In this document: positions 37,369-48,846 of the stretch, piece after piece
How positions within the stretch are numbered: the first letter of the stretch is position 1
Layout: each line of letters begins with the position of its first letter
DNA from: Fimicolochytrium jonesii
Lineage: Eukaryota
NCBI RefSeq assembly: GCF_025526975.1
Contig: NW_026515671.1
Coordinates: 682,001-746,000, forward strand
DNA length: 64,000 nucleotides
Direction: 5' to 3'
Program-made: the position numbers and the translations under genes
Notes under the pieces: generated by a model
Databases searched by the model: none
What the model saw: the letters and a program-made list of their open reading frames with translations, nothing else
What the model was told of the DNA's origin: nothing

Positions 37369-39496
37369 TCAGTTCGCCGGCTGCGCTTGTGCCATTACTT
37401 TGATGTCCAGCATCTTTGGTTGTTCTTGCTCCAGGAGCCCGGCTTCCTGCTTGTCATCCCCCGTCTCCTTCCCTAGTTCAGCCTTTTCCCGAGCGTCCGC
37501 CGCGTCAAGCTTCATTCTTGGGGGAGATGCGGCCACATTCGCATCATGCACGGGAGCCAGCTTCTCCGGAGACACTGGTGCCTTGGCCAGATCATGCTTG
37601 TCGATATGGTTGTTCTTCAGCCATTCTGCGAGCTCGGGCGAGTCCTGCGTGTTGACTTTGCGGATGAAAAAGTACTTCGCTTCGGCCCCACGAGGCTCTT
37701 CAGGCGGAAAAAGATGGATGTCCTTAATCGTAAGCTGGGCCGGATGTTGCGCGTTGAAGCGGAGATAGCGCTTCTTGTCTTTCACCACCCTATGCGAAAA
37801 GTAGGGATGGTTGCTGATGACTGGAGACCAAGTGGGTAGGGGCAGTGTGAGCATCGAAGAAAGATGCGCATGACGAACATCACCCTTACCTGTGCAAAAG
37901 TATGCCTCGTCCGGAATCCACATGTGCTCCATGAATGCCAGCATGTGCAATCCATCTATGTTGGTTCGCAGATCTCTAATAAACTCGGATGTCAGGATCA
38001 TCCACTGATGCTGCTTGCAGAGACTCCAACTTGGCAATGGTGGGAATGCTAAGCCAACTTCTGGTGGGTGAATGGTCGAGTATTCGATCGAAGGTCTATC
38101 CATGCGACCGAAGTGCGGTCGTACCGTCCGGCCAGCGATATCCGCTGGCAAAAGATAAGTTGTTATCCAGTGAGACCTAGACAAGGCATATCTCTGAGGT
38201 TCGAATCAGACATACCTGGATCTGTCCACCATTCGATATGCTCCATCCCCTTGTGCTTAGTCGAATTCAGGGTCTCATATATTTGCTGACTCGTCCGCAA
38301 GGGCCAATCATGCGCGGAAAGATTGATGACATACTCCCAGTCCGCCAAATCCAATAGCTCCCAAAACCCGCTCAGCTGCATCCACACGAGACTAACATGG
38401 CCCCACATGCCCTCATAGGTCGTTTGGGCAAGGAAGACGTTCCCAAGCCTTGGCGTGCCGACAACATCATTCCCAGACCCTGCCTTGTCGCGGGCCTCGA
38501 TCCACGCCTTCACGGTGGCAGAGAGCTCGGTAGCTAGCACGTCGACGTGGATCAGGAAGATGGCATTCCCGTCGTCCAGGATTTCGATCATGTCCTGTAA
38601 TTGCTGCCATGTGCTGACTTTGTGAATCATCATTAAGTATGCTAGCTTGTACTTGCGTCGTGGGCCTGGTATGAGCGAGTCGTGGGGAGCGATGGAAGGA
38701 ATGAGCTTCCCGTAGTAGTTTAATGGATCGATGCGCTTCAGGAGGGGTTCTGACGAAATGTTGACGTAGGGGTTGGCGCCTTCAGCTGTTGCGTAGCAGG
38801 CGTAGCGATCAGCGTCCTGCATGGGAATACACATGTGAGGATGCTGAACAAGTGAAGACCATGCCGATTCTACATCCGAGGATAGGCTAGATCTGTTTCC
38901 TCACCTCATCGTAGAGTGTCTTATACCGCTTTGTCAAGCGGCGCTTGGTATCAATGGCGGTATCGTCCAGTAACTTCACTAGCTCCGAGGTGGTGGGGTT
39001 GATCTCAGCGATCGACCCTCCTAGTGGATGTATACGCGTGAACGCGTCAAAGGTCGCCCCATTTAATATGGAGCAATATTGAAAGCCCTCAAGTTTGATG
39101 TAGCGAGCTGGGAGAACTGAGGCGACCTGCCGCATGAGCTTCTTGCTCAAGATGCCCCAACCCGGTCCCCCCGCGGCATCGTCCTCGGCAATGTCGATGT
39201 CCACGGCCGCGGCAGCGGGTGATTCGGCACCCTGAAACGGAAGCTGGTCTGCAAAACCTTTCCCTCGCGTATATCTGTCATCGCTGCGGCCGATTAGTAT
39301 GTTGGAAACGAACAAGTCGCGAAACGCGAGGCAGAAGACCCCAAGGATGAAGTTCGTACCTTCGGACTCCATATATCCCACCAGAGTGCGCTATGGACTG
39401 AACTTTGTACGAGGTAGCGGTAAATGCCAAGACAGCAGTGATGCACAGTGCCCACGCGACCCGCCGGCGAAGAAGCGCTCTGCCTTTCAGGGACAT
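37369..39496 (-). CDS. Glycosyltransferase family 14 (core-2/I-branching, xylosyltransferase-like) type II membrane protein
   Basis: N-terminal TM (VAWALCITAVLAFTA); KLAYLMMIH, FLIHVD, WGHVSLV, WEYVINLSAHDWPL, QWMILTSEF and IPDEAYFCT motifs. Confidence 0.85.
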
Positions 39497-40586
39497 GCTA
39501 ATAAACGGGTCGGTTCTGACTGTTCGCAGTATATGGATTGAAGGTGGGGGTCCAATCCCGCTTTTCGCCGGCGGTATACTACGGGTGAAATAGGCTCGAT
39601 GCGATGATGATGCGAGGGCCAAAGCTGGCGCTGTATGTAAACGGACGAGTCGGAGCGCTATACTCTTTCGAACTTTCAATATCTTCGGGGTGTAGAAATG
39701 GAACAAGCAAACAGGTCCAAGGGGTTTTATGGCGCGACGAGTGGGCGGGAAGTTGCAACCTGAAGTACGGACGAAAGTGCCGTGTTCAGCCAGTATGGAA
39801 TTTGGAAAGCGAAAAGGATTCTGAACACTGCCCAGAAAATTCACTGGAATGCTGCACTTGAAGTTCTCCTGCTCCGTCGCTCCTGAGCGCCTCACTTTGT
39901 AGTCTCTACGCGTCAAAGAAGTCCGGGGAACGCGTCTCGCTTCAGTGCACCCTGCCCATGCCCCACAAACAACCAGATTGTCGGATGGCTCCGCCTGCGG
40001 GCTGCGGCCTGCATTTCGCAAGACAATGTGAATTATGCAATGTTGCTGCAGCTGCTGCACGCAAGGGGCGAGGTTCTGGTCTCCCGGCCGTACTGTACAG
40101 TACACTGCGCCGACGGGGTCCCCCTCGTTGGCATGCCGTCCATCTTCCATTGGAGCCTTGCGGGGCTTCGCGCGGTTCAGTAGTAGATACTCATGGTAAT
40201 CTCAAGCGCTGCTTATTTCCAAAGCGTCACTACAGGCATTATGGAAAGTATTTGGTATGTGCAGGGGGTTGGCTGTCAGATAGCCATTGGGCGTGGAGGC
40301 GAGATGTGCCCCACCGCGTGTTTTTGCGCAGGCGGACTCCGAGATTCCGAGAAGCAGCCATTTGACATCACCGCAATCTCGCCCTGGTTCTCGAAGGATT
40401 TGGCTGAGGAACACCGACGCTGGCGCAGGGACATCCTGACTACAATACTCCGGACGGCGCCTCTGTTCGGTCGACACACGCTATATAGCCCAGAAAGGAC
40501 TCTTAGGGTGGGGCCAGACCTTCCACTCTCGGTGAGCTTCCAGAAGCATACTCGTTACCTCACCGAAGTCAAGGTTATCTTTCACA

Positions 40587-42494
40587 ATGGCTCTGCTCCG
40601 GACCTGCGCCGGTGCGGCTTTCTACAAGACCCATGTCCTCCGTTCTCGAGGCTTCCTACGATTCGTAGGATTTCGGAACGCGATGTTGACCTCCAGTTTC
40701 CCGGTGTCGCCTCGCATACTCAGACAGCGGCGAGCAATAGCTACCGAGTCGAAGGAAAACAAAGACGATGTTCCTCCAAGTCCAGTCGTCGACAAGGCGG
40801 CCCCGCCGCCTCCTCTTCTGATCGAGACTCTCAATGGGCGGGTTCGGAACTACTTTCCTGGGAAAATGGCATCTGGAGCACCCGGTCAGAAGGCTTTCGT
40901 CCGCCTTTCGTGGAACTGGGTGGTGGACAGTGCTGGGCCGAAAAGTGCTGTCGATAGGCTCCTGGACATAGTCCCAAGCTTTGGGGGATGGCTACGAGCC
41001 ATGTTCCTGCCTGTCGGGTAAGTCTCCGTCTGTTGCTGCGGCTGATTTACGCACGAGTTCCATGTAAATGATGTCTTAGCGCATAGGTACCCGGCGTCTG
41101 TTCATCCGGTGTATGCGAAAGTCCACATCTATCAATTCCTCGAAACCTTCGTATGGAGCGCCGTATCAGTTCTCTGCTCTCAAGCTATGTTGGCCTCCAT
41201 CGGCATCGGGTCGACTGCAGCAGCGGCCGGCACTGCTGTTGCCGTCCAGTGGGTTCTAAAAGATGGCATCGGCGAAATAGGGAAATTGTTCTTCATTCAA
41301 CGGTTTGCTCGGTCTTTTGATTCCCATCCGAAAACTTGGAAGTTTGTGGGAGAGGTGTCCTCGCTCACGGGGGCTTTCATGCAACTCTGCACGGTGGTTT
41401 CGCCTTCGTCATGGTTTTTACCGCTGGCAAGCGCTGGATACGCCCTGCGGTCCATACATTACAGCATATGGGGTGCAACGCACATGACGTTCACAAGGGT
41501 GAGAGACCCACCTCGCTGACTGATTTTTTTCGAGATTGCGAAGACCAACTCGAATTCTTTTCGTGCCATAGAACTTTGCGTTGCAAGGAAATGTCGGCGA
41601 TCTTGTGGCAAAGGATGACAGCCAAATGAGCGTAGCACACTTGGCGGGCATGCTCTGGGGTGTTGGCGCGATTACCATCTCGCATTCGCCAGCTTATCTC
41701 TTCACTGGATTCTTGCTCCTTACGCCCATCCACTTCTTCATGACCCTTTCCTTACTGCGTGCAGCGCAGTTTGAGGTGCTGAATCATACCAACTTGACCT
41801 TGATCTGTCGGCAATATGTAGCTGACCAGACAATTCCTGGCATGAACGATCTGAAGCGGCACGAGCGCTGGTTTGGGGAATGGTTGGCGAAAGGCGAGCA
41901 GGTCGTCCGCATCGATGTTGGAGCAACTGCCAACAAGGCTTTCGACGACGCGTCTGTCTTGTCCACGGCAATTCGCGTCTTGAAGGTAAGTCTATTTCGA
42001 TGGGGTGGGTCCTCCCGAGACAGAAAGAAGAACGAGATTCTCATTTATCACTACCTCACCATGTCTCTCTGCAGACGGAGAATTATCTCCTATCTACGCC
42101 AAACTCTCCCAACGAACCTGTGCACATCTGTCTTCATACCTCCGCGGCCGCTCACGACGTCATCAAAGCGATGCTGCACGCCACTCGGTTCCACCATGAG
42201 CTGTTCAGCAGAGACGATGCCACGGCATCTAGTCCGATGATCACCAAACCTAACCCTTCGATCGATTTGCCAACATCAGCTTCATCAATGGCAAACGACC
42301 TGGAAAGCGCCGGGTCGCCGACCAAGGTGGCGAAGAATTGCGCGCTCACACCGCTTGAATCCTCCCATCAGTGGACATTGAATCATTTCCCGCGCTTCAT
42401 CGCGGAGCTGGACGAGCGGGATTGGCAAAGCGATGCGGTTTTCTGGGGGGATGGCGGCCGTCGCGTGGAGTGGAAAAGAGGGGAGGGCAAATGA
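40587..42494 (+). CDS. RUS1/DUF647 (root UVB sensitive) family protein (multi-exon)
   Basis: FLPVG/YPASVH, AVQWVLKDGIGEIGK, FDSHPKTWK and FALQGNVGDLVAKDDSQ motifs. The Arg-rich, acid-free N-terminus resembles an organellar presequence. Confidence 0.87.
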
Positions 42495-43045
42495 ATTGAC
42501 TTTTCGATGGACACGTCTGCGTAACATAGTACTGGTAGATAACTCTCGCGCACTTGAAGGCCACATTCAGGGGAACACACAATCTTGCACTTCTGACACT
42601 AACCGGGATATAATATTAACCAAGAAATAAGGACCTTTTATATTCACAATGACTGACACCTATACCAAGTTCGAGGAGGGTGACGAAGTAAGGGGCTGAA
42701 CAATGTTCTCGACCCTTACTTGACCGACAACGGCATACTTTCTGCTCACATGAAACCACGACTGTATAGCGGGATAGGCGAACACGGTACCCATAGCCAC
42801 ATTCCTTAACCGTGTCAAAACGACGAAAGGGTCCGCGGTCACACAACCGGCCGCCGGTATCGTGCAGGGTAAGCGAATATAGATACAGGGAGGGCATGCC
42901 GGGGGACGTATGACCTTTGAATGGGGCAGGATGTCGTAGGGCCTGTAGCGCTTGGCCTGTTCTCAAAGAACAATGTGCAAAGCATTGAATACAGACATCC
43001 ACCCCTGATCGTCTGCGATAAGCTCCAAGGCATTGCAGAGGGGTG

Positions 43046-46000
43046 CTACGCGGCCGTTTTTTGAGTGGTTGGAATATGTGGTGACATCGACATGGCAGAG
43101 TGTTCAGTCCCGACCATTGCTGGACCAGGGCCATTTTCTTTATCGCTTGACCCGGTGTCAGTTGCTCCTCCCGTGGGTAAAGGGGTCGTGTTGATGGTGG
43201 GGGTGGCCGTCGACATGGCGGGACTTGCCGCGTTGGACGGAGTGGGCGTGCCGTTCGCAGTGGGGCGCTGCTGTTGCGAGGAAAGCTGCATTGGCGATTG
43301 GGCAAGGGCTTGCTGCATATTTGCAACATGATGGTGCGAGCCTTGTAGCTGTCGGGAGAGGAGCTGGGCTTGGGCCTGCTGCATCAATTGCGGGTTTGAC
43401 GCGTACAGCTGCTGCGGGGTTTGTGACTGTAACGATTGCATTGCCTGGAACTGTTGCTGCATCGTCGAGGTGAGCATTTGCGCAGATGTAGGGATACCGT
43501 TCGACAGGGGCAAACTGGCGGGGATCTCTGCCAAAGCGACCGAGCTCGCCGCGGTACTGTACGGCGATCCGTTATAGGATCCCGCGAGCGACCCATTGAG
43601 CACAGGGGTTGTGACTCCCGATGCTGCAGGCATCCCTGCCGCCTTTGCCTTTTGCTGATTCATGAGGTGTTGTTGAAGTGCAAGGTTGGCCGGTGTTGAG
43701 CCATGCTGCAAAAGTTGCTGCTGCGTCTGCTGCTGTTGTTGTTGTTGTGCTAGATAAGCTTGTAACTGTGCTGTTGAGATGGTGCCGTTCGCTAAACCCG
43801 CTAGAGTCGCCTGATTTAAGCGAGGCATCTGCAATGCGGCTTGGACACGCATCTGCTGCTGCTGGACAGCGAGCTGTGTTGCCGGACTATTCAGCTGTTG
43901 ATAGTATAGGAGTTGTTGGGCGCTGATGTTGTTTGCGCTTGGGGAGGCCAGGCCGGACGCGCTGTTGGGTGGTAGGGAGGTTGGCGATGATTGCTGCGGA
44001 GGTTGAGAGAACTGAGTGTACCCCATTTGCGGCGGCTGGGATGTTTGCTGTTGCGATACTTGATGTCCTTGCTGCTGCTGTTGACGCATAATATTAAGCT
44101 GCTGCTGCTGTTGTTGTTGGCGAAGTAGCTGTATCTGATTAGGGGTCACTTGCCGAGCTTGCTGCTGGCGATACGCATTATTCATTGCCGTGGCAGATAA
44201 GCTCGACATGGCCTGTGGGGGTTGCTGTGCAGCTGAAGCCGCCATGAGAGCTTGACTCGGCGTGGACGTCTGCGCCTGCACGCCGGAGTTCGCTGCTGGA
44301 ATATAACTTGCATGACCCCTCGCCGGGGACGATGCGGTGACATTCAGAGGCATGACCGGTTGAGGGACTGCAGGCTGCGTAGCAGGCGGTCCTGGGCGCT
44401 GAGGTTGTGGGGACGTTGGCGCTGGCGTTCCGGTTGATGGCGCTGGTGCTGGTGAAGACGATTGGATGGAGATGGAGGTGCGTGGCCCGGTTGGGATGGG
44501 AACGGAGGGAACGGATTGCTGTGTTTGTGGTTGTGGTGTGCCAGATTGCTGCTGGGCTTGCAATTGCTGAAATTGCTGCTGCTGCTGTTGAGCTTGTCGC
44601 TGCGCCTGTTGCATCATGGCTTTGATGATGACGGCTTTGGGATCCGAGCCATCTGGCGCACGCCTCTTCTGAGCAGCCGCGACTGCAGGTGGCAGTTTTG
44701 GCGGCGGTTCTGAAGGTTTCGATGGCCGCTTTTTCAACCCGTTCGCGCCTAATGCAGCCAGATGTGCCGCATTTTGAGGGCGAACCACCTGCGGGGGAGC
44801 TACCTGCGCTTCCTCTGCGCGTTGTGCAGCAGTAGAAGGGCGAGGCGTTGCCTGATCTGGATGTGCTGGTTTGCCCATCAACGAGAAAATCTCCTCCTCT
44901 GTCTTGGGGCCAACGGTAAACACCCGATACGCCAGTTGACTAATACGCATCAAGGAAGTGGTGTCAGTGACAGGTGTTTCCTGAACATACTTTTCATACG
45001 AAATCGATGAAGGAAGTACGTACTCTGCAGTTTCCTCCATCTCTACGATGGGTTCTTCAACCTCGTCGTCGCTCGTGTCAAAGCGCCAACGTTGAGTTCC
45101 CGATGACAGATCGTGCATAAAGTCACCAGAGCGTGAATGACGTTTCGATCGACTCGAGGACGGGGACGGGATAGGCATAATCTTTCCACCATGCCTTCTC
45201 AACCAGACCCGCTGTTTCACATGTCGGTCCAGAAAGAGCCGCCCTCCGCGACCCACTCGCTGTCGCCCATACGGAACCGTAAGGTCCACGTCGCCTTCCT
45301 CTTCCAATTGGTCGTCCCAGAGAACACGAGCACCAGGAACGCTAGAACGCCAGCACTGGGTTGCAACAGCCTTTGGCGGTGGAAAGTACGGGTACTGCAT
45401 ATGGGGGTGAGTACGTGGTCCCCGTCGCTAATGGACTTTTGGAGGGTTTACCTCAGTGATGTCTATCCATCCTTGACTCTCCTCAAGCATCTTCTTTCGC
45501 CGGGCTCTTCCTTCCGCAGTTGCGGATTCCACATCTGCAGCAGCTTCATGCAATTTACTTTCGATGGCAGAAATAACATGTGCGGCATTGCGAAGCGTTC
45601 CCGCTGGTATCCGGATTTTCTTGACGACATCGTCCCTGTCTGAGGTGATTAGAAATGCCGATCCAAATGAGACGAGGCCTTAAGACATTGACTTACCGGC
45701 CATCTTCCGACCGCTTCTTTCGCCTGCGCATATCTGGACTAAGGTCGGTTTCCTTTTCGGATGTTACGATGCCGAGCTTCTTTTTCAACCTTCGGACCAG
45801 GACACGTTGTTCGAAGATCAAGTGCTCCAGCACTATACTCTCTTTCCTGGCCGCTTCCCGGTTGGTGATCAGTTCCAAGATTTGCTTAGCCCGATCCATC
45901 TCGTCCCGGAGACGTCGCAGTTTGTCGAGAGACACTGAATCCGCCCGAGCGCCACGAGCCTTTCGCACGGACTTGACTTCCCTTCGTCTGAAGCAAACAT

Positions 46001-47071
46001 ATGGGTCGTCGTCAGCTTTCCCCAACCAATCTGCCGAGAGCTATAACGGATTGCTGAGATCAGCACGATGTCAACAGAATCACAATAGAAAGAGTCGCCC
46101 ACCTTGAGCTTGGGCTGGATAGAAGTTCCGCCGCGAAGAACATAACGCCGCCGTCGCCAATGGGGGTATATATGTGATATTGCGCCCCACCGCGCCAGCA
46201 GATCAAATTTCCTGCCTTCGAAAAATCCGCGACATTCATCCAGGCTTGGGGGTTCACCGGATACCTGACGACGGCGACATACTTTAGTATCACCCACATC
46301 GGACGGAAAAGAAGAGCAAGTTCCGCGCACCTTGTCGTCACCGGCCAATTCGAAGAAATACATGATGAGCTCAAACTCCTCATCTGTGATCGCGTCGTCT
46401 GCAGAAATAGCGCCAGATTCGATTTTCGACCGGTATTCCGCTAGAAACTCGTAGTCCACATCATCCAGGTTATAAGGTATCCCGATGACATTTTCGAGAG
46501 TAGCCGAGAAGCGAATTGTCGTTGATGGTTGTTCATAATTGCTGGAGTAGTACTTGCTGTAGTCGGGGATCAGGCGGGAGGCGTCGGGAGTTGGGATGAT
46601 GACCTGTTCACGTTTGTGCCCAGGTTGATGACTGGCAATAAGAGCGGCTTGAAGATGGTGTTCCTACGTAGATTACGGGACATTATGTTCAGTAAAGGGG
46701 CTTTACGCCACAATCGCCGCAAGGAGAAAGGTGAGAGAGTGTGTCTTCCGTTGGGCAACGACAGGATCCCCCAAGCATCAGTCAAGAAATGACAGGACAC
46801 CGGTGCGCGAAAACACCGACACGCGCCGCGCACACGTCAGCATAATTTTTTTTTCCGGGCCAAGTCCGGGGCAGTAAACACACATAATAGACATAGCAAC
46901 CAAGATGCTCACCTCCTCCTCTTCCTTTTCGACGCCGGTTGCTACTTGCAAGAGCGCTCTACTAAGGGACGCGGACTCGTCGAGGTCCGGTACCTCGTGG
47001 TAGCGCCACACGGGCATGGCCTTCTTGACAGAGGTCCGCGACCTGAGGCCGCTCAAGGGCTCGGACACCAT
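43046..47071 (-). CDS. EPL1: Enhancer of polycomb-like protein (NuA4 subunit) with a long Gln-rich C-terminus
   Basis: TGVEKEEE/EHHLQAAL, IPTPDA, YNLDDVD, DDDPYVCFRRREVKSVRKAR and GRQRVGRGGRLFLDR motifs. Confidence 0.93.
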
Positions 47072-47553
47072 GCCGGGCGTCTCCTAATGGGAATGTCGCG
47101 AGATTACTTTTTGGACAACCTCATGAGACTCGTCGCCGTCGTGTGGTCCGAGAGCGCTAGCAGTGTATGGGGGTATGTTGTACTCTTGTCGTGGCGAAAT
47201 CACCGAACTGGTCCGTGCTGCAGTCGTCGTTGTTTGCTTCGTCTGCGTGCTGTCTAATTAAACGCCTCGGATTTTTTGGTGGCTTGCCCGTCTTCTTGCG
47301 ACCATAATAAGTCTTCCTGATTAGGTCTTGGGGGTCCGCGAAGGGGCGTGGAGGGGCGCGGTGTTTACTGCCAAAATAGCGCTACTAACACTACTGCGCC
47401 ACGGTTGACGAGTTTCGACAGCCGATATATTGGAATCGCTCAAATATAGTCAAAACTAATCAAATATAGTAAAAGAGCCTATATTGCCTCGTTCTAAGTA
47501 ATCAATGAGCACAACGTCCTTCGGAGCTATATCAACCCCTAACCCGCCATTCT

Positions 47554-48150
47554 CTAATGAGGACGGGTGATCCAAACGTACTTTCCAACACAGTTTTTCA
47601 GTGCGTGACCGCGGGCCCCATGTACATTGCGGTGAACTCGATACATACAGGACGCACAGCGCAACATTTTGCCGTTTACTTGTTGAACGAATCCGCATCG
47701 ATCGCACGTTTTGGCCATATATTCCTCGCCATTGAAGTATACGAAGAGTCCCCGAATCTCTTCCTGTTTCGACGCTAGAGCCCGCTGAAAGGGGGCGTGA
47801 CACCAAGTGAGGAGGTCTCGGCATGTCTGAGCTCGAATTAATCGGCGTTGTCCGTCGACTCTTTGCTTAACGACCATCTCCTCTGTGGCGAAAGTAGAGG
47901 CGTGGATGTATTCGTATCGGTGGCTCAGGAACCATGCCAACTTGTTACCGCATTCACGCGCTCGATTTCTCACACGTTCGTTGAGGAGGAGTTTGCGTCG
48001 TCGCATTCTCCGGCGTTGCGTCTTCGTAAGGCTGCGTTGCGTGCAAAGTGTCGACGTAATGTAATTTTCGGACAAAACTCTGACCCAGAACTATTGAACG
48101 ACTACCAAGATCATGCATCGATCTCTGCTTCACCTGAATCGTTATGTATC
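47554..48150 (-). pseudogene. Decayed Fanzor/TnpB (IS200/605/607 OrfB-like) nuclease, C-terminal RuvC/Zn-finger part
   Basis: RVRNRARECGNKLAWFLSHRYEYIHASTFATEEM...TCRDLLTWCHAPFQRAL...EEYMAKTCDRCG...LRCASC...HRNVHGARGHALK follows the recalled Fanzor/IS607-TnpB pattern RIRN..D..H.K.A.FL...Y....P.FET..M...ML.WSH..F..RL...E.YTSKTC..CG...C..C...DRD.NGARNILLK. There is an in-frame TAG at 48091-93 and apparent frameshifts upstream. Confidence 0.8.
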
Positions 48151-48725
48151 CTGTTTAACGGAAGCCTTTTCAATTTGTATATGTATGTATGTACCTGGCA
48201 TGCTGGGGGAGGACTCCATGCAAGCTCGCCGCCGAGGACAAGGACATATACAGTACTTAGCATCACCGCTATTAGGGAAATGCATCTGGTGCGGAGTTAA
48301 ACGGGGGAGCTCATCACGTGCCCGTCGCGTCATGCTTAAAAAAGCCGCTGCTCCCAGCCGGCGCCTGCTGATGCCTTATCTGGGGAATGGCAGGTCGAAA
48401 ACGACACCCGTCGACAGAATACCTGCCGGTGACAGCGACGGCACAAAACGAACACTATATAGCACCACTGAGCACTTGCCCAGTCCCAGCAAACATCCAT
48501 CTCGTGCTTTGCAATCCCCAGCTCGACCAGGCTACATCGTTCAGTGGTCGACGTTTGTTAGCCACTTTCACTATCGGATCGAACGGAACGGCCCGGCCCG
48601 GCCCTGTTTCCAAAAGCTCGAGATAGACACCTCGCGTGCGTGGTTCCTGTCGGGATCTTCCAACGTTACTATACGTGAAAGAACATCGGTTAAGGACGGA
48701 GGCGATTAGATTGTCATCCAGTTGC

Positions 48726-48800
48726 GTAAGTTACAGCAGCTCGCTGATTCCTTCTCCGTTACCTCACGCTCACATCTACGCGCCCACCTTTTTTTTTCAG
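48726..48800 (+). other. Probable 5-prime UTR intron of the dioxygenase-like gene
   Basis: GTAAGT donor at 48726, GCTCAC branch-like site near 48768, and a T-tract plus CAG acceptor ending at 48800, 46 nt before the ATG. Confidence 0.55.
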
Positions 48801-48846
48801 CGCGATCCAACTTCAAGTTAGCAATTCACTTATCACAACGGCTACG

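Noticed and set aside
39278..40957. Long ORFs 39278-40150 (minus) and 40193-40957 (plus)
   Set aside because: They look like chance extensions across the GT14/RUS1 divergent spacer. Recognisable coding starts at 39496 (minus) and 40587 (plus, a different frame).
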